DNA from: an uncultured Actinomycetes bacterium
Lineage (GTDB): Bacteria; Actinomycetota; Thermoleophilia; Gaiellales; Gaiellaceae
DNA: 64,000 bases
Reading direction: 5' to 3'
Assembly (NCBI GenBank): GCA_963739085.1
Contig: CAVTZA010000004.1
Span: forward strand, 29,042 to 93,041
Both the position numbers and the translations under genes were made by a program. This document shows positions 26,431 to 36,200 of the stretch, piece after piece. A model generated the notes under the pieces. That model did not search any database. It saw only the letters and a list, made by a program, of their open reading frames with translations, and was not told the origin of the DNA. Numbering within the stretch: the stretch's first letter is position 1; the number at the start of each line of letters is the position of its first letter.

Positions 26431-27227
26431 GCAGCCACCTCCTCTCCCTCGTCGGCGAACGTCCGGCCGGTCGCGGCGAAGAAGGCCTTCTCGAGCGTGT
26501 CGGCCCCGTAGCGGTCCTTGAGGTCGTCGGCGGGCTCCAGCGCGAGCAGCCGGCCGCGGTCGAGGATCCCGACGCGCTCGGCGAGCGCCTCGGCCTCGAC
26601 CAGGTCGTGCGTGCAGAGCAGGATCGTCGAGTCGTGGGTCGCCCGCATCTCTGTGATGAACTCCTGCACCTCGAGCTTCGAGCGCGGGTCCAGCCCGGTT
26701 GTCGGCTCGTCGAGCAGCAGGAGCACCGGCGCCGTCAACAGCGCCCGAGCGAGCGCGACCTTCTGCTGCATCCCGCGGGAGAGGTCCTCCATCGGCTCGC
26801 GGCTCCGCTTCGCCGGGAAGCCGACGCGCTCGAGGATGACCGGGATCTTCCCGCTCGTGTCGCGGGCGGTGAGGCCGTAGAACCGGGCTGCGTAGCTGAG
26901 GTTCTCGGTGGCGGACATCTTCTTGAAGAACGACGCCTCGACCGACACCCGGTTGACCAGGCGCCGGACGGCGCGAGGCTCGGCGAAGACGTCGTGCCCG
27001 AAGACGTGCGCGCTGCCGCCCTCGTGGAGCAGCAGCGTCGAGAGCAGGCGGACCAGGGTGGACTTGCCCGAGCCGTTCTGGCCCAGGATCGCGACGCATT
27101 CGCCGCGCTCGATCGTGAAGCTGACACCGTCGAGGGCGGCGACGCGGCGCCGGCGCTTGCGCAGGCCGGTGCCGTCCTTGCGGACGAACTCCTTGCGCAG
27201 ATCGGCCACTTCTACGGCCGCGTTCAT
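26427..27227 (-). CDS. ABC transporter ATP-binding protein (DrrA/ABC-2 type)
   Basis: Walker A GQNGSGKST, signature LSRGMQQKV, Walker B LLLLDEPTTGLD. Confidence 0.9.
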   Translation of the reverse strand: MNAAVEVADLRKEFVRKDGTGLRKRRRRVAALDGVSFTIERGECVAILGQNGSGKSTLVRLLSTLLLHEGGSAHVFGHDVFAEPRAVRRLVNRVSVEASFFKKMSATENLSYAARFYGLTARDTSGKIPVILERVGFPAKRSREPMEDLSRGMQQKVALARALLTAPVLLLLDEPTTGLDPRSKLEVQEFITEMRATHDSTILLCTHDLVEAEALAERVGILDRGRLLALEPADDLKDRYGADTLEKAFFAATGRTFADEGEEVAA

Positions 27228-27337
27228 GTGGATACTCCTTCGGTCGGCTTAGGACACGGCAATCGCAACCGCAGCCCCCTCGAGGCGGGTCGCGCGCATA
27301 TGTACTGACCTAGCCGAATCTCATCGAGCCGATGAGG

Positions 27338-28582
27338 TTACCTGAGCGCCGTCGCCGGCTCAAGGGCGGATTTCGACCGGGCTCGCCGGACGCCCCTGAT
27401 CGGCTCGAGCGAGAGCACGACGAGCGTGGAGAAGACCGACCAGGCGGCCGCGAACACGAGCGTCTCGGAGACGCCGAACACGTCGGCCGCGGGCCCGGCG
27501 AGCAGGTACCCCGCCGGCAGGAAGACGAGCGAGCCCAGCCAGTCGTACGAGCTCACCCGCGAGAGCGCGTGCGCCGGGATGTTCGCCTGGAGCACCGTGT
27601 TCCAGAGGGTGTTCGCGAAGTTGAACGCGATCGCGCCCACGAACGCGAATGCGGCGATCGCCGCTACCGGAGCTGCGGCCGCGAGCGCGAGGTAGACCGG
27701 CACCTGGAAGAGGATGAGTGCGAACGCCGTCGCGAGCGGACGCCGCGGCTCGACGCGCAGCGCCACGATCCCGCCGATGATCGCGCCGATCCCCATCGAC
27801 GTCAGGATCGTCGCGTAGGCGCCGGCGCCCCCGAGGTCCTGGTCGGCCACCACCGGAGTGAGCACCCAGAACGGCGCGAGCACGAGCAGGTGGAAGAAGG
27901 CGAAGTACGCGACGCTCACCCAGACCCAGGTGCGGGAGCTGAACTCGCGCCAGCCTTCGACGAGGTCGGCCACGAAGCGCGTCCGCGCCTCGCGTGTCTC
28001 CCGCTCGATGCGCAAGAGCGCGAGGAAGGCCGCGCTCACGACGAACGTGGCGCTGTCGACTACGAACGCCCAGCCTGGGCCGACCGTCGCGACCAGGATC
28101 CCCGCGACCGCCGGTCCGATCACGTTCGCCGTCGAGCGGGAGAGCTGCAGGATGCCGTTGGCCTGTTGCAGCCTCGCCCTACTGACCGTCTGCGGGACGA
28201 GCCCGGTCGACGCAGGGTCGAAGAACGCCTGCGCGGCGCCGTAGGCGGCCATCAGCACCATCAGTTGCCACACCTCCGCGCGGCCGGTGATCAGCAGGAC
28301 CCCGACCGTCGCCTGGGTGCAGGCCCGGACCGCATCCGCCGTGAGCATCACGACGTTGCGCGGCAGCCGGTCGGCCCACACGCCGCCGACGACCACGAGC
28401 ACGACGAGCGGGATCATCCGGGCGGCGAACACGAGCCCGAGCGCGGAGGCCGAGTGGTCCAGCTCGAGCACCGCGAACGCGAGCGCAACGGGCACCAGCT
28501 TGTCACCGAAGTCGGAGACAGCTCGACCGGCGAAGAGGAGTTTGAAGCGGGGTTCCCCCAGCGCGGCGACGAGGTCCTTCAC
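27338..28582 (-). CDS. MFS transporter
   Basis: 414 aa polytopic protein. The N-terminus RFKLLFAGRAVSDFGDKLVPVAL is typical of the ENTS/DUF894-like MFS group. Confidence 0.75.
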   Translation of the reverse strand: MKDLVAALGEPRFKLLFAGRAVSDFGDKLVPVALAFAVLELDHSASALGLVFAARMIPLVVLVVVGGVWADRLPRNVVMLTADAVRACTQATVGVLLITGRAEVWQLMVLMAAYGAAQAFFDPASTGLVPQTVSRARLQQANGILQLSRSTANVIGPAVAGILVATVGPGWAFVVDSATFVVSAAFLALLRIERETREARTRFVADLVEGWREFSSRTWVWVSVAYFAFFHLLVLAPFWVLTPVVADQDLGGAGAYATILTSMGIGAIIGGIVALRVEPRRPLATAFALILFQVPVYLALAAAAPVAAIAAFAFVGAIAFNFANTLWNTVLQANIPAHALSRVSSYDWLGSLVFLPAGYLLAGPAADVFGVSETLVFAAAWSVFSTLVVLSLEPIRGVRRARSKSALEPATALR

Positions 28583-28767
28583 GCGCTCCGGAGATTAGTA
28601 CGGCTTACGACAAAGGAAAAGCCGCTACTCAGCCGGCCCGCTCGGCCAGAGGATCACAGCTGGAACCGGCCTTGCCGCACCTTTCTCACGGTCGGCTTGC
28701 GCCGTCGGACGAACCTGCTACGTTCTGGGCGAGGCGCCCTCCACGAGGGCGGGCGCCCGAGGCATCG

Positions 28768-28809
28768 GAGCCTCAGGACGGAAGCGACCGTCCTGGGGCT
28801 CTTTTCGTT
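28768..28809 (+). terminator. intrinsic-terminator-like hairpin in the glnA 5' leader (candidate attenuator)
   Basis: GAGCCTCAGGACGG-AAGCGA-CCGTCCTGGGGCTC forms 14 bp with one G-U pair, followed by TTTTCGTT. It ends 23 nt before the glnA ATG. There is no upstream + strand gene that it could terminate. Confidence 0.6.
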
Positions 28810-28832
28810 GGTCCAAGACGAGGGAGGAAGCG

Positions 28833-30281
28833 ATGTCGGAGGTGGAGTCCAGGCACTACCTGGCGAACGGGAACAAGGCGGCGACCGAGGCCCGCCACGC
28901 GATCGAGTGGGCGGGCGAGACGAGAGCGCAGATGGTCGATCTGAAGTTCTGCGACCTGCTCGGGTCGTGGCAGCACATGACGTTGCCGGTGTCGGCCTTC
29001 GCCGAGTCGTCCTTCGACGACGGGCTCGGCTTCGACGGCTCCTCGATCCGCGGCTGGCAGGGGATCTCGGAGTCGGACATGCTGCTGATGCCCGATCCGG
29101 CCTCGGCCGTGCTCGACCCCTTCACCGAGGCGCCGACCCTCTCGCTGATCTGCGAGATCGCCGACCCGGTGACGCGCCTCCCGTACGCCCGTGACCCGCG
29201 CGGGGTCGCCAGGCGCGCCGAGGAGCACCTCGTCAAGAGCGGCGTGGCGGACACTGCCTACTTCGGGCCCGAGTGCGAGTTCTTCATCCTGGACGAGGTC
29301 TCCTACGACCTCGGCCCCAACCACGCGCACTACGCGTTCGACTCCGCCGAGGGCCACTGGAACTCCGGCAAGCCGGGGCTCGGCTACACGGTGCGCGAGA
29401 AGGAGGGCTACTTCCCGCCCGCGCCGCACGACACGCTCCACGACCTCCGCACGCGCATGGTGCTGACGCTCGAGCGGCTCGGGATTCCGTGCGAGTTCCA
29501 CCACCACGAGGTCGCCTCAGGCGGCCAGTGCGAGATCGACCTGCGCTACGCGACGCTGACCCGCATGGCCGATCAGGTCATGACCTACAAGTACGTGGTC
29601 AAGAACGTGGCCCGCGCGGCCGGCAAGACCGCCACCTTCATGCCGAAGCCGCTCTTCGGCGACAACGGCTCGGGCATGCACACCCACCAGTCGCTCTGGA
29701 AGGGCGGCGAGCCGCTGATGGCCGGCGGCGACGGGTACGCGGGCCTGTCGACGGTCGCGCGCTCCTACGTGGCGGGCCTGCTCGCGCACGCCCCCGCGCT
29801 CCTGGCGTTCTGCGCGCCGACGACGAACTCGTACCGTCGACTCGTCCCCGGCTACGAGGCGCCGGTCAACCTCGTCTACTCGCAGCGAAACCGCTCTGCG
29901 TGCATCCGCATCCCGATGTACTCGGAGTCGCCGAAGGCCAAGCGCATCGAGTTCCGCTGCCCGGATGCGGCCGCCAACCCGTACCTCGCGTTCGCCGCGA
30001 TGCTGATGGCGGGCCTGGACGGGATCGAGCGGGGCCTCGACCCGGGCGAGCCGGCCGACTACGACCTCTTCGAGGAGAGCCGCGGCGAGGTCCCGCAGGT
30101 GCCGGGCTCGCTGGACGAGGCGCTGGGCGCGCTCGAGGAGGATCACGAGTTCCTCACCAGGGGCGGGGTCTTCAGCGAGGACGTCATCAGCACCTGGATC
30201 GACTACAAGCGCGAGAACGAGGTGGACGCGGTGCGGCTGCGGCCGCATCCGGCGGAGTTCGCCCTCTACTACGACGCTTGA
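28833..30281 (+). CDS. glnA: glutamine synthetase type I
   Basis: Motifs [44 protein letters not shown] and PADYDLFEE...VPGSLDEAL (region of the adenylylation Tyr). RBS AGGGAGGAAG. Confidence 0.95.
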   Translation: MSEVESRHYLANGNKAATEARHAIEWAGETRAQMVDLKFCDLLGSWQHMTLPVSAFAESSFDDGLGFDGSSIRGWQGISESDMLLMPDPASAVLDPFTEAPTLSLICEIADPVTRLPYARDPRGVARRAEEHLVKSGVADTAYFGPECEFFILDEVSYDLGPNHAHYAFDSAEGHWNSGKPGLGYTVREKEGYFPPAPHDTLHDLRTRMVLTLERLGIPCEFHHHEVASGGQCEIDLRYATLTRMADQVMTYKYVVKNVARAAGKTATFMPKPLFGDNGSGMHTHQSLWKGGEPLMAGGDGYAGLSTVARSYVAGLLAHAPALLAFCAPTTNSYRRLVPGYEAPVNLVYSQRNRSACIRIPMYSESPKAKRIEFRCPDAAANPYLAFAAMLMAGLDGIERGLDPGEPADYDLFEESRGEVPQVPGSLDEALGALEEDHEFLTRGGVFSEDVISTWIDYKRENEVDAVRLRPHPAEFALYYDA

Positions 30282-30754
30282 TCCGGGAGCTGGAAGCAAA
30301 GGACTGGCCGGCCGTGCGAACCATCTTCGAGGAGGGGATCGCGACCGGCCAGGCCACGTTCGAGACGAGGGCGCCGTCCTGGGAGCACTGGGACGGCGCC
30401 CACTTTGGCTGCCTTGTCGCCGATGAGGGCGCCGGGGTTGTCGGCTGGGCCGCGCTGGCGCCGTACTCGTCGCGCGAGGTCTACGCGGGCGTGGCCGAGG
30501 AGAGCGTCTACGTCGCGGCGCGGGCTCGGGGCCGCGGCGTCGGCCGGGCGCTCCTGAACGAGCTGATCGAGCGCTCCGAGCAGGCCGGGATCTGGACGCT
30601 CGAGGCCGGGATCTTCCCCGAGAACAGAGCCAGCGTCACCCTCCATCTCGGCTGCGGCTTCCGCGCTGTGGGCCTGCGCGAGCGGATCGGCCGCCTGAAC
30701 GGGGAGTGGCGGAACGTCCTGCTGATGGAACGACGAAGCGAGGTGATCCGGTGA
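30278..30754 (+). CDS. phosphinothricin / methionine-sulfoximine N-acetyltransferase-like GNAT
   Basis: A TTG start overlaps the glnA stop (TTGA). [29 protein letters not shown]...[15 protein letters not shown]...[10 protein letters not shown] is the typical PAT-family layout. Confidence 0.75.
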   Translation: MIRELEAKDWPAVRTIFEEGIATGQATFETRAPSWEHWDGAHFGCLVADEGAGVVGWAALAPYSSREVYAGVAEESVYVAARARGRGVGRALLNELIERSEQAGIWTLEAGIFPENRASVTLHLGCGFRAVGLRERIGRLNGEWRNVLLMERRSEVIR

Positions 30755-31101
30755 TCAAGGTCGAGGCGGTCGTCATCCGCGAGCGCGTCGAGACGGTGAT
30801 CGATGCGGTCGAGCACGAGACGGGGCACGTGGGCGTCACGGTGGTCGAAGCGATCGGCCACGGACGCCAGCGCGGCATCACGCACGAGTACCGCGGCCGG
30901 GTCTTCGAGTCGCGGTTCCTGCCGAAGGCAATCCTGACGTTCGTCGTCGCGGAGGAGGTCGCCACGGCGGTCGTCGCGGCTATCGCGGACGCGGCACGGA
31001 GCGGCAACGAGTCGGGCGACGGGATCGTCTGGACGTCGCCCGTCGCCAACGTCACGCACAACCGGACCGGGATGCGACTCGAGGAGGTGGAGACATCATG
31101 A
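30751..31101 (+). CDS. glnK: nitrogen regulatory protein P-II
   Basis: A GTG start overlaps the upstream stop (GTGA). T-loop GHGRQRGITHEYRGRVFESRFLPK, and C-terminal GDGIVW...RTG. ATGA overlap with amt. Confidence 0.85.
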   Translation: MIKVEAVVIRERVETVIDAVEHETGHVGVTVVEAIGHGRQRGITHEYRGRVFESRFLPKAILTFVVAEEVATAVVAAIADAARSGNESGDGIVWTSPVANVTHNRTGMRLEEVETS

Positions 31102-32507
31102 CGACCCAGCAGCTGATGATCGCGACCAGCACGGTGTGGGTGATCGTCGCGGCGATCCTCGTGATGTTCATGCAGGCCGGCTTCGCGTTCCTCGAGGCGG
31201 GCCTGACGCGGATGAAGAACGCTGGCCACATCGCGGCCAAGAACGTCCTCGTGCTCGGGATCGCGTCGATCGTCTACTACCTCGTCGGCTACGGGATGGC
31301 CTTCGGCGACGGCGGTAACGGGTTCGTCGGCGGCTCCGGGTTCTTCCCCTCGGCCGACACCCTGCTGGCGATCGGCCAGTCGCCGTTCAGCTGGTTCGGC
31401 TCGATCCCCGCCGGCGCCGGCTACCTCTTCCAGGTGGTCTTCGCCGCGGTCTCGCTGGCGATCGTCTGGGGCGCGATGGCCGAGCGGACGAAGTTGTGGG
31501 TCTACTTCGCCTTCGGCGTCGTCTTCACGCTGATCTACTCGGTCGTCTCGCACTGGATCTGGCATCCCGACGGCTGGCTGTTCGCCAGGGGGATGCAGGA
31601 CTTCGCCGGCTCGACGGTGGTGCACTATCAGGGCGCGCTGGCCGCCTTGGCGGGCGCTCTGCTGCTCGGGCCGCGCATCGGCAAGTTCGACCACGAGGGG
31701 CGGCCGAACGCGATCCCAGGCCACAACATGGCGTTCGTCACGCTCGGCGTGATGATCCTGTGGTTCGGCTGGTTCGGGTTCAACCCCGGCTCGACGCTCG
31801 GCGTGGTGACCGGCGACCGTCTCGGCTACTTCGCGTACGTCGCGGTCACCACGAACGTGGCCGCGGCCGCGGGCGCGCTCGGCGCGGTGACGACCGCCTG
31901 GCTCGTGCTGCACAAGCCTGACCTGTCGATGATGCTGAACGGCGTCATTGCCGCGCTCGTGGCCGTCACGGCCGCGGCCGGCTTTGTCGCCCCCTGGGCC
32001 GCGATCGTGATCGGCCTGGTCGCGGGCGCCGTCGCCGTCCTGGGCGTGCTGCTGGTGGAGCGGATCCGCATCGACGATCCCATCGGCGCGGTCGCCGTCC
32101 ACGGCATGGCGGGCGTCTGGGGCACGCTGGCGACCGGTCTCTTCGCCGTCCCGGCGCTGGCGGAGAACCTCGCCACCGGCCAGGGCGGCCTCGTGTACAC
32201 GGGCAGCTTCGACCAGCTCGGCACGCAGGCGCTCGGGTTGGTCGCGGTCGGCGCCTTCACGTTCACGGCCTCGTTCGCGTCCCTCTGGGTCATGAAGGCC
32301 CTGTGGGGGATCCGTGTCGAGCCCGAGGTCGAGACGGCCGGCCTGGACGTCTCCGAGCACGGCATGTGGGGCTACCCCGAGTTCTACATCCCGGTCCCCG
32401 GCGGCTACGGCACGGAGTCGCACGGTCACCTGGGGCTCGCTCACGCCCACCGGTCGGCGGCCCCGCCCGTGCCCATACCCGCGGCGGCGGCGGAGCCTTC
32501 GGCCTAG
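31098..32507 (+). CDS. amt: ammonium transporter
   Basis: 469 aa Amt/MEP family protein (FMQAGFAFLEAG, VVHYQGALAALAGALLLGPR, AVHGMAGVWGTLATGLF). Confidence 0.95.
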   Translation: MTTQQLMIATSTVWVIVAAILVMFMQAGFAFLEAGLTRMKNAGHIAAKNVLVLGIASIVYYLVGYGMAFGDGGNGFVGGSGFFPSADTLLAIGQSPFSWFGSIPAGAGYLFQVVFAAVSLAIVWGAMAERTKLWVYFAFGVVFTLIYSVVSHWIWHPDGWLFARGMQDFAGSTVVHYQGALAALAGALLLGPRIGKFDHEGRPNAIPGHNMAFVTLGVMILWFGWFGFNPGSTLGVVTGDRLGYFAYVAVTTNVAAAAGALGAVTTAWLVLHKPDLSMMLNGVIAALVAVTAAAGFVAPWAAIVIGLVAGAVAVLGVLLVERIRIDDPIGAVAVHGMAGVWGTLATGLFAVPALAENLATGQGGLVYTGSFDQLGTQALGLVAVGAFTFTASFASLWVMKALWGIRVEPEVETAGLDVSEHGMWGYPEFYIPVPGGYGTESHGHLGLAHAHRSAAPPVPIPAAAAEPSA

Positions 32508-33265
32508 GTCGCGTCCAGCACGTACGAGGTCAGCCGGCCGTCCACGAACGCGTGCACGACGAAGCCCGGAGGCCCTGCGGAGAACTCGATCGTCTCGGCG
32601 CCGAAGTCGAGCGCGGCCTGGACGTAGGTGCTCGGCGCTACGAGCACGATCCGTCCGCCGAGATCGGCCGAGATGCTGAGGTGCAGGTGGCCGGCGACGA
32701 TCCGACGGACCTGCGGGTGACGATCGAGGACGGCGCCGAGGGCGCGCTGATCGGTCGGCGGCAGGCCGATCTCGTCCATCGCCGCGATCCCGGTCGTCAG
32801 AGGCGGATGGTGCAGGGCCAGAACCGTCGGTGTCTCGGACGCGTCGGCAAGCGCCTCCTCCAGCCATACGAGCCGGTCGGCGTCGAGCTCGCCGCCGTCC
32901 TCGCCGGGGCGCGTGCTGTCGAGCACGACGAGCCGGAACGGCCCGAGGTCGACCGCGTACTGCACCGGCTCGGAGCCCGCGCCGGGCGTGCCGAAGTGGC
33001 GACGCAGCGCAGCACGGTCGTCGTGGTTGCCCGGAAGCGCGTAGAGCGGGAGCCCGAGCAGCGCCACCACCTCGCGGAGCCGCTCGTACTCGGCGTCGGC
33101 GGCATGGTCGGCGAGGTCCCCCGTGAGCAGCACAGCGTCCGGCTTCGGCTCGAGCGCGCGGACGGCATCGACGGTCGCGGCGAGCGTTGCCACGGGGTCG
33201 CCGTCGCCCCAGTCCGCCCCGATGTGCGGATCGCTCAGCTGGACGACCAGAAACGGCCTCGTCAC
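32504..33265 (-). CDS. metallophosphoesterase (CpdA-like cyclic-nucleotide phosphodiesterase family)
   Basis: GTG at 33265. Motifs QLSDPHIG, LLTGDLADH and LPGNHDD. 4-nt convergent overlap with amt. Confidence 0.7.
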   Translation of the reverse strand: MTRPFLVVQLSDPHIGADWGDGDPVATLAATVDAVRALEPKPDAVLLTGDLADHAADAEYERLREVVALLGLPLYALPGNHDDRAALRRHFGTPGAGSEPVQYAVDLGPFRLVVLDSTRPGEDGGELDADRLVWLEEALADASETPTVLALHHPPLTTGIAAMDEIGLPPTDQRALGAVLDRHPQVRRIVAGHLHLSISADLGGRIVLVAPSTYVQAALDFGAETIEFSAGPPGFVVHAFVDGRLTSYVLDAT

Positions 33266-33297
33266 CGCGCCGATCCTACGAGCCGCGAGGGCCGGGC

Positions 33298-36200
33298 TCA
33301 GCTCGAAGCGATCGCTTGAGTTTCGGGTGCGCTCTCGGCGCGCTCCGCCCCCTCGGCGGGAGGCCGCGGCGTCACACCCCAGAACCAACCGGCCTCGTTC
33401 TCCCAGTCGGCGAGAAGCTCGGCGGCGCGTTGCGAGCCCGTGTAGCGCGCGTGTCGCTCGAGCAAGAAACGAAGCTCGTCGGGACCGAGGCCGTCCACTC
33501 GCTCCGCGGTCACGAGCTGGGCGTTGAGACGCGGCGGTAGCCGCAACTCGCGGTCGTGGACGTAGACCACGCCGCCGCTCATCCCAGCGCCGAGGTTCAG
33601 TCCCACCGGGCCCAGGATCACGACCGTGCCGCCGGTCATGTACTCACACGCATGGTCGCCCACGCCCTCGACGACCGCCGTTGCGCCGGAGTTGCGCACC
33701 GCGAAGCGCTCGCCCGCCCTGCCGGCGCAGAAGAGCTCGCCGCCGGTGGCGCCGTAGAGCGCCGCGTTGCCGATCAAGACCGGGTCGCCCAGGTCGTCCG
33801 CCGGCGGGGCGATCGCGATCCGGCCTCCGCCCATCGACTTGCCGACGCCGTCGTTCGCCTCGCCGACGAGGGTGATCTTCACGCCTGCGGCGAGGAACGC
33901 GCCGAAGCTCTGTCCTGCGGCGCCCTCGAACCTGACCCGCACGCGACCCGGCGGCGCGTGCACGCCGAACGCATGGCCGATCCGGCCGCCGAGCCGCGCG
34001 CCGACCGCGCGGTCTCGGTTCGCGATCGGGTACTCCAGGTCGACGAGCCGGGCCTCCGTGAGCGCCGGCGCAGCGTCCGCTGCGAGCAACTCACCGAGCT
34101 CGCCGCCCTCGGGCTCGAGCGGCGGCTCGCCCGTGTAGCGCCCGCCGGCGCGCAGCAGAGGCTCCACGTGAAGCAGCGACGACCGGCTCGGGCCGACGTC
34201 CTTGCAGCGAAGCAGATCAGCCCGGCCGACGGCCTCGTCGAGCGAGCGGAGGCCGAGGCTCGCGAGGCCTTCCCGAACCTCCTCGGCCACGTAGAGCAGG
34301 TACGCCTCGATCATCTCCGGGGTCGCGGCGAACTTCGACCTGAGCTCCGTGCGCTGTGTCGCGATTCCGACCGGGCACGTGTCGAGGTGGCACGAACGCA
34401 CCATCAGACAGCCCTCGGCGATCAGGAGCGCCGTCCCGAAGGAGAACTCGTCTGCTCCGAGCAAGGCAGCCACGAGTACGTCGCGGCCGGTCTTGAGCCC
34501 GCCGTCGACTCGGAGGCGGACGCGGCCGCGCAGCCCGGACGCCGTCAGCGCCTGTTGCGTCTCGGCGAGGCCGATTTCCCAGGGCAGGCCCGCGTTCTTG
34601 ATCGACGACAGCGGGCTCGCACCTGTACCGCCGTCCGAGCCGGCCACATGGACGACGTCGGCGAGGGCCTTCGCCACGCCTGCCGCGACGAGCCCGACCC
34701 CGGTCTCCGCGACCAGCTTGACCGAGACCCTGGCATCGGCGCTCACCTGCTTCAGATCGAAGACGAGCTGAGCGAGGTCCTCGATCGAGTAGATGTCGTG
34801 GTGGGGCGGCGGCGAGATCAACTCCACCCCGGCCTGCGTGTGACGGAGCGCCGCGATCTCAGCGGTGACCTTGTGTCCGGGCAGCTGGCCACCCTCGCCG
34901 GGCTTCGAGCCCTGTGCGATCTTGATCTGGAGCTCCTCGGCGAACGCCGCGTATTCGGGCGTGACGCCGAAGCGCGCCGAGGCGATCTGCTTGATGCGCG
35001 AGTTACGGGGCGTGCGGAAGCGCTCCGGGCTCTCGCCACCCTCGCCGCAGTTGGAACGCGCGCCGAGGCGGTTGAAGGCGGCGGCGATCGCCTCGTGCGC
35101 TTCCGCGGACAGCGACCCGTGCGACATGCCGCCGCTCGAGAAGCGCGTCACGATCGCGGCCGCCGGCTCGACCTGCTCGAGCGGCACAGCATTTGCGCCG
35201 GGCGCGAGCTCGAGCAGGTCGCGAAGCTCCATCGCGTCACGGCCGTTGACGAGCGCGGCGAAGCGCTCGTAGTGGCCGGAACCGCCGCCGTTGACAGCTC
35301 GCCGGAGCGCGTGGGCGGCAGCGGTCTCCTGCAGCGCGGCGACGACGTCCGGGTTCGTGGCGTGCGGCTCGCCGCCCTTGCGGAACTTGACGTACCCGGG
35401 GTTCTCGAGCTTCGCGCCCTGCCCCGAAGCAGCCGCTGACCGCTCCAGGCATTCCCGCTCGAGCACGGCCACTCCGATTCCGCCGACCGGGACCGGCGTG
35501 CGGCCGAAGTAGGCGTCGACGAGCTCCTGGTCGAGGCCGAGCGTGTCGAACAACTGGGCGCCGCGGTACGCCGCCACGTCCGAGATGCCCATCTTCGACA
35601 TCACCTTCAGCACGCCATCCTCGACGGCCCGGCGGAAGCGGAGCTGAGCTGCGGCGGGGGAGGGGTGGTCTCCGCCGATCTTGTCCGCCGCCGCCAGGGC
35701 CGCGAGGGTCTGGAGCGCCAAGCGCGGGCAGACCGCGTCGGCGCCGTAGCCGAGGAGGCACGCGAAGTGATGGCTCTCCCGGGGCTCGTCGCTCGCGACG
35801 AGGAGCGAGACGCGTGTGCGGACCCCCGCCTCGACGAGCCCGCCGTGGACGGCTGCGACGGCGAGCAGGGCCGGGACCGGCGTGCCCGGTCCCTCATCCG
35901 TCAGGAGCAACAGGGCGGCTCCTCGGCGAACCGCCTGTTGAGCCTCCGCGCGCAGCCGCTCGCACGCGGCAGGCAGGCCCTGGTCCGCCTCGAACGTCGC
36001 GACCAGGCGCAGGGGCGCGAGCTCGTCGAGCGCCGAGGGAAAGAGGAAGAAGCTCTCGAGCTCGCGAAGGCGGGGCGCCCGTCCTTCGTCGAGGAGCCCC
36101 GCGCGCTGGCCGAGGAGCGTTCGCAGACTCATGACCGACCGCTCGCGCAGGTGGTCGATCGCGGGATTCGTCACCTGGGCGAAGCGCTGGCGGAAGTAGC

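Noticed and set aside
28547-28565. ggggttcccccagcg inside the MFS gene as a third copy of repeat family B.
   Set aside because: Only about 12 nt match, and the segment lies within coherent coding sequence (ALGEPRFK). This is compatible with chance in GC-rich DNA.
28583-28832. A glutamine riboswitch (glnA RNA motif) or an ANTAR dual-hexaloop target in the glnA leader.
   Set aside because: I could not find the conserved glnA-motif core. The single hexaloop (AAGCGA) does not fit the A1/G4 ANTAR pattern, and no partner hairpin is evident. Only the terminator-like hairpin is retained.
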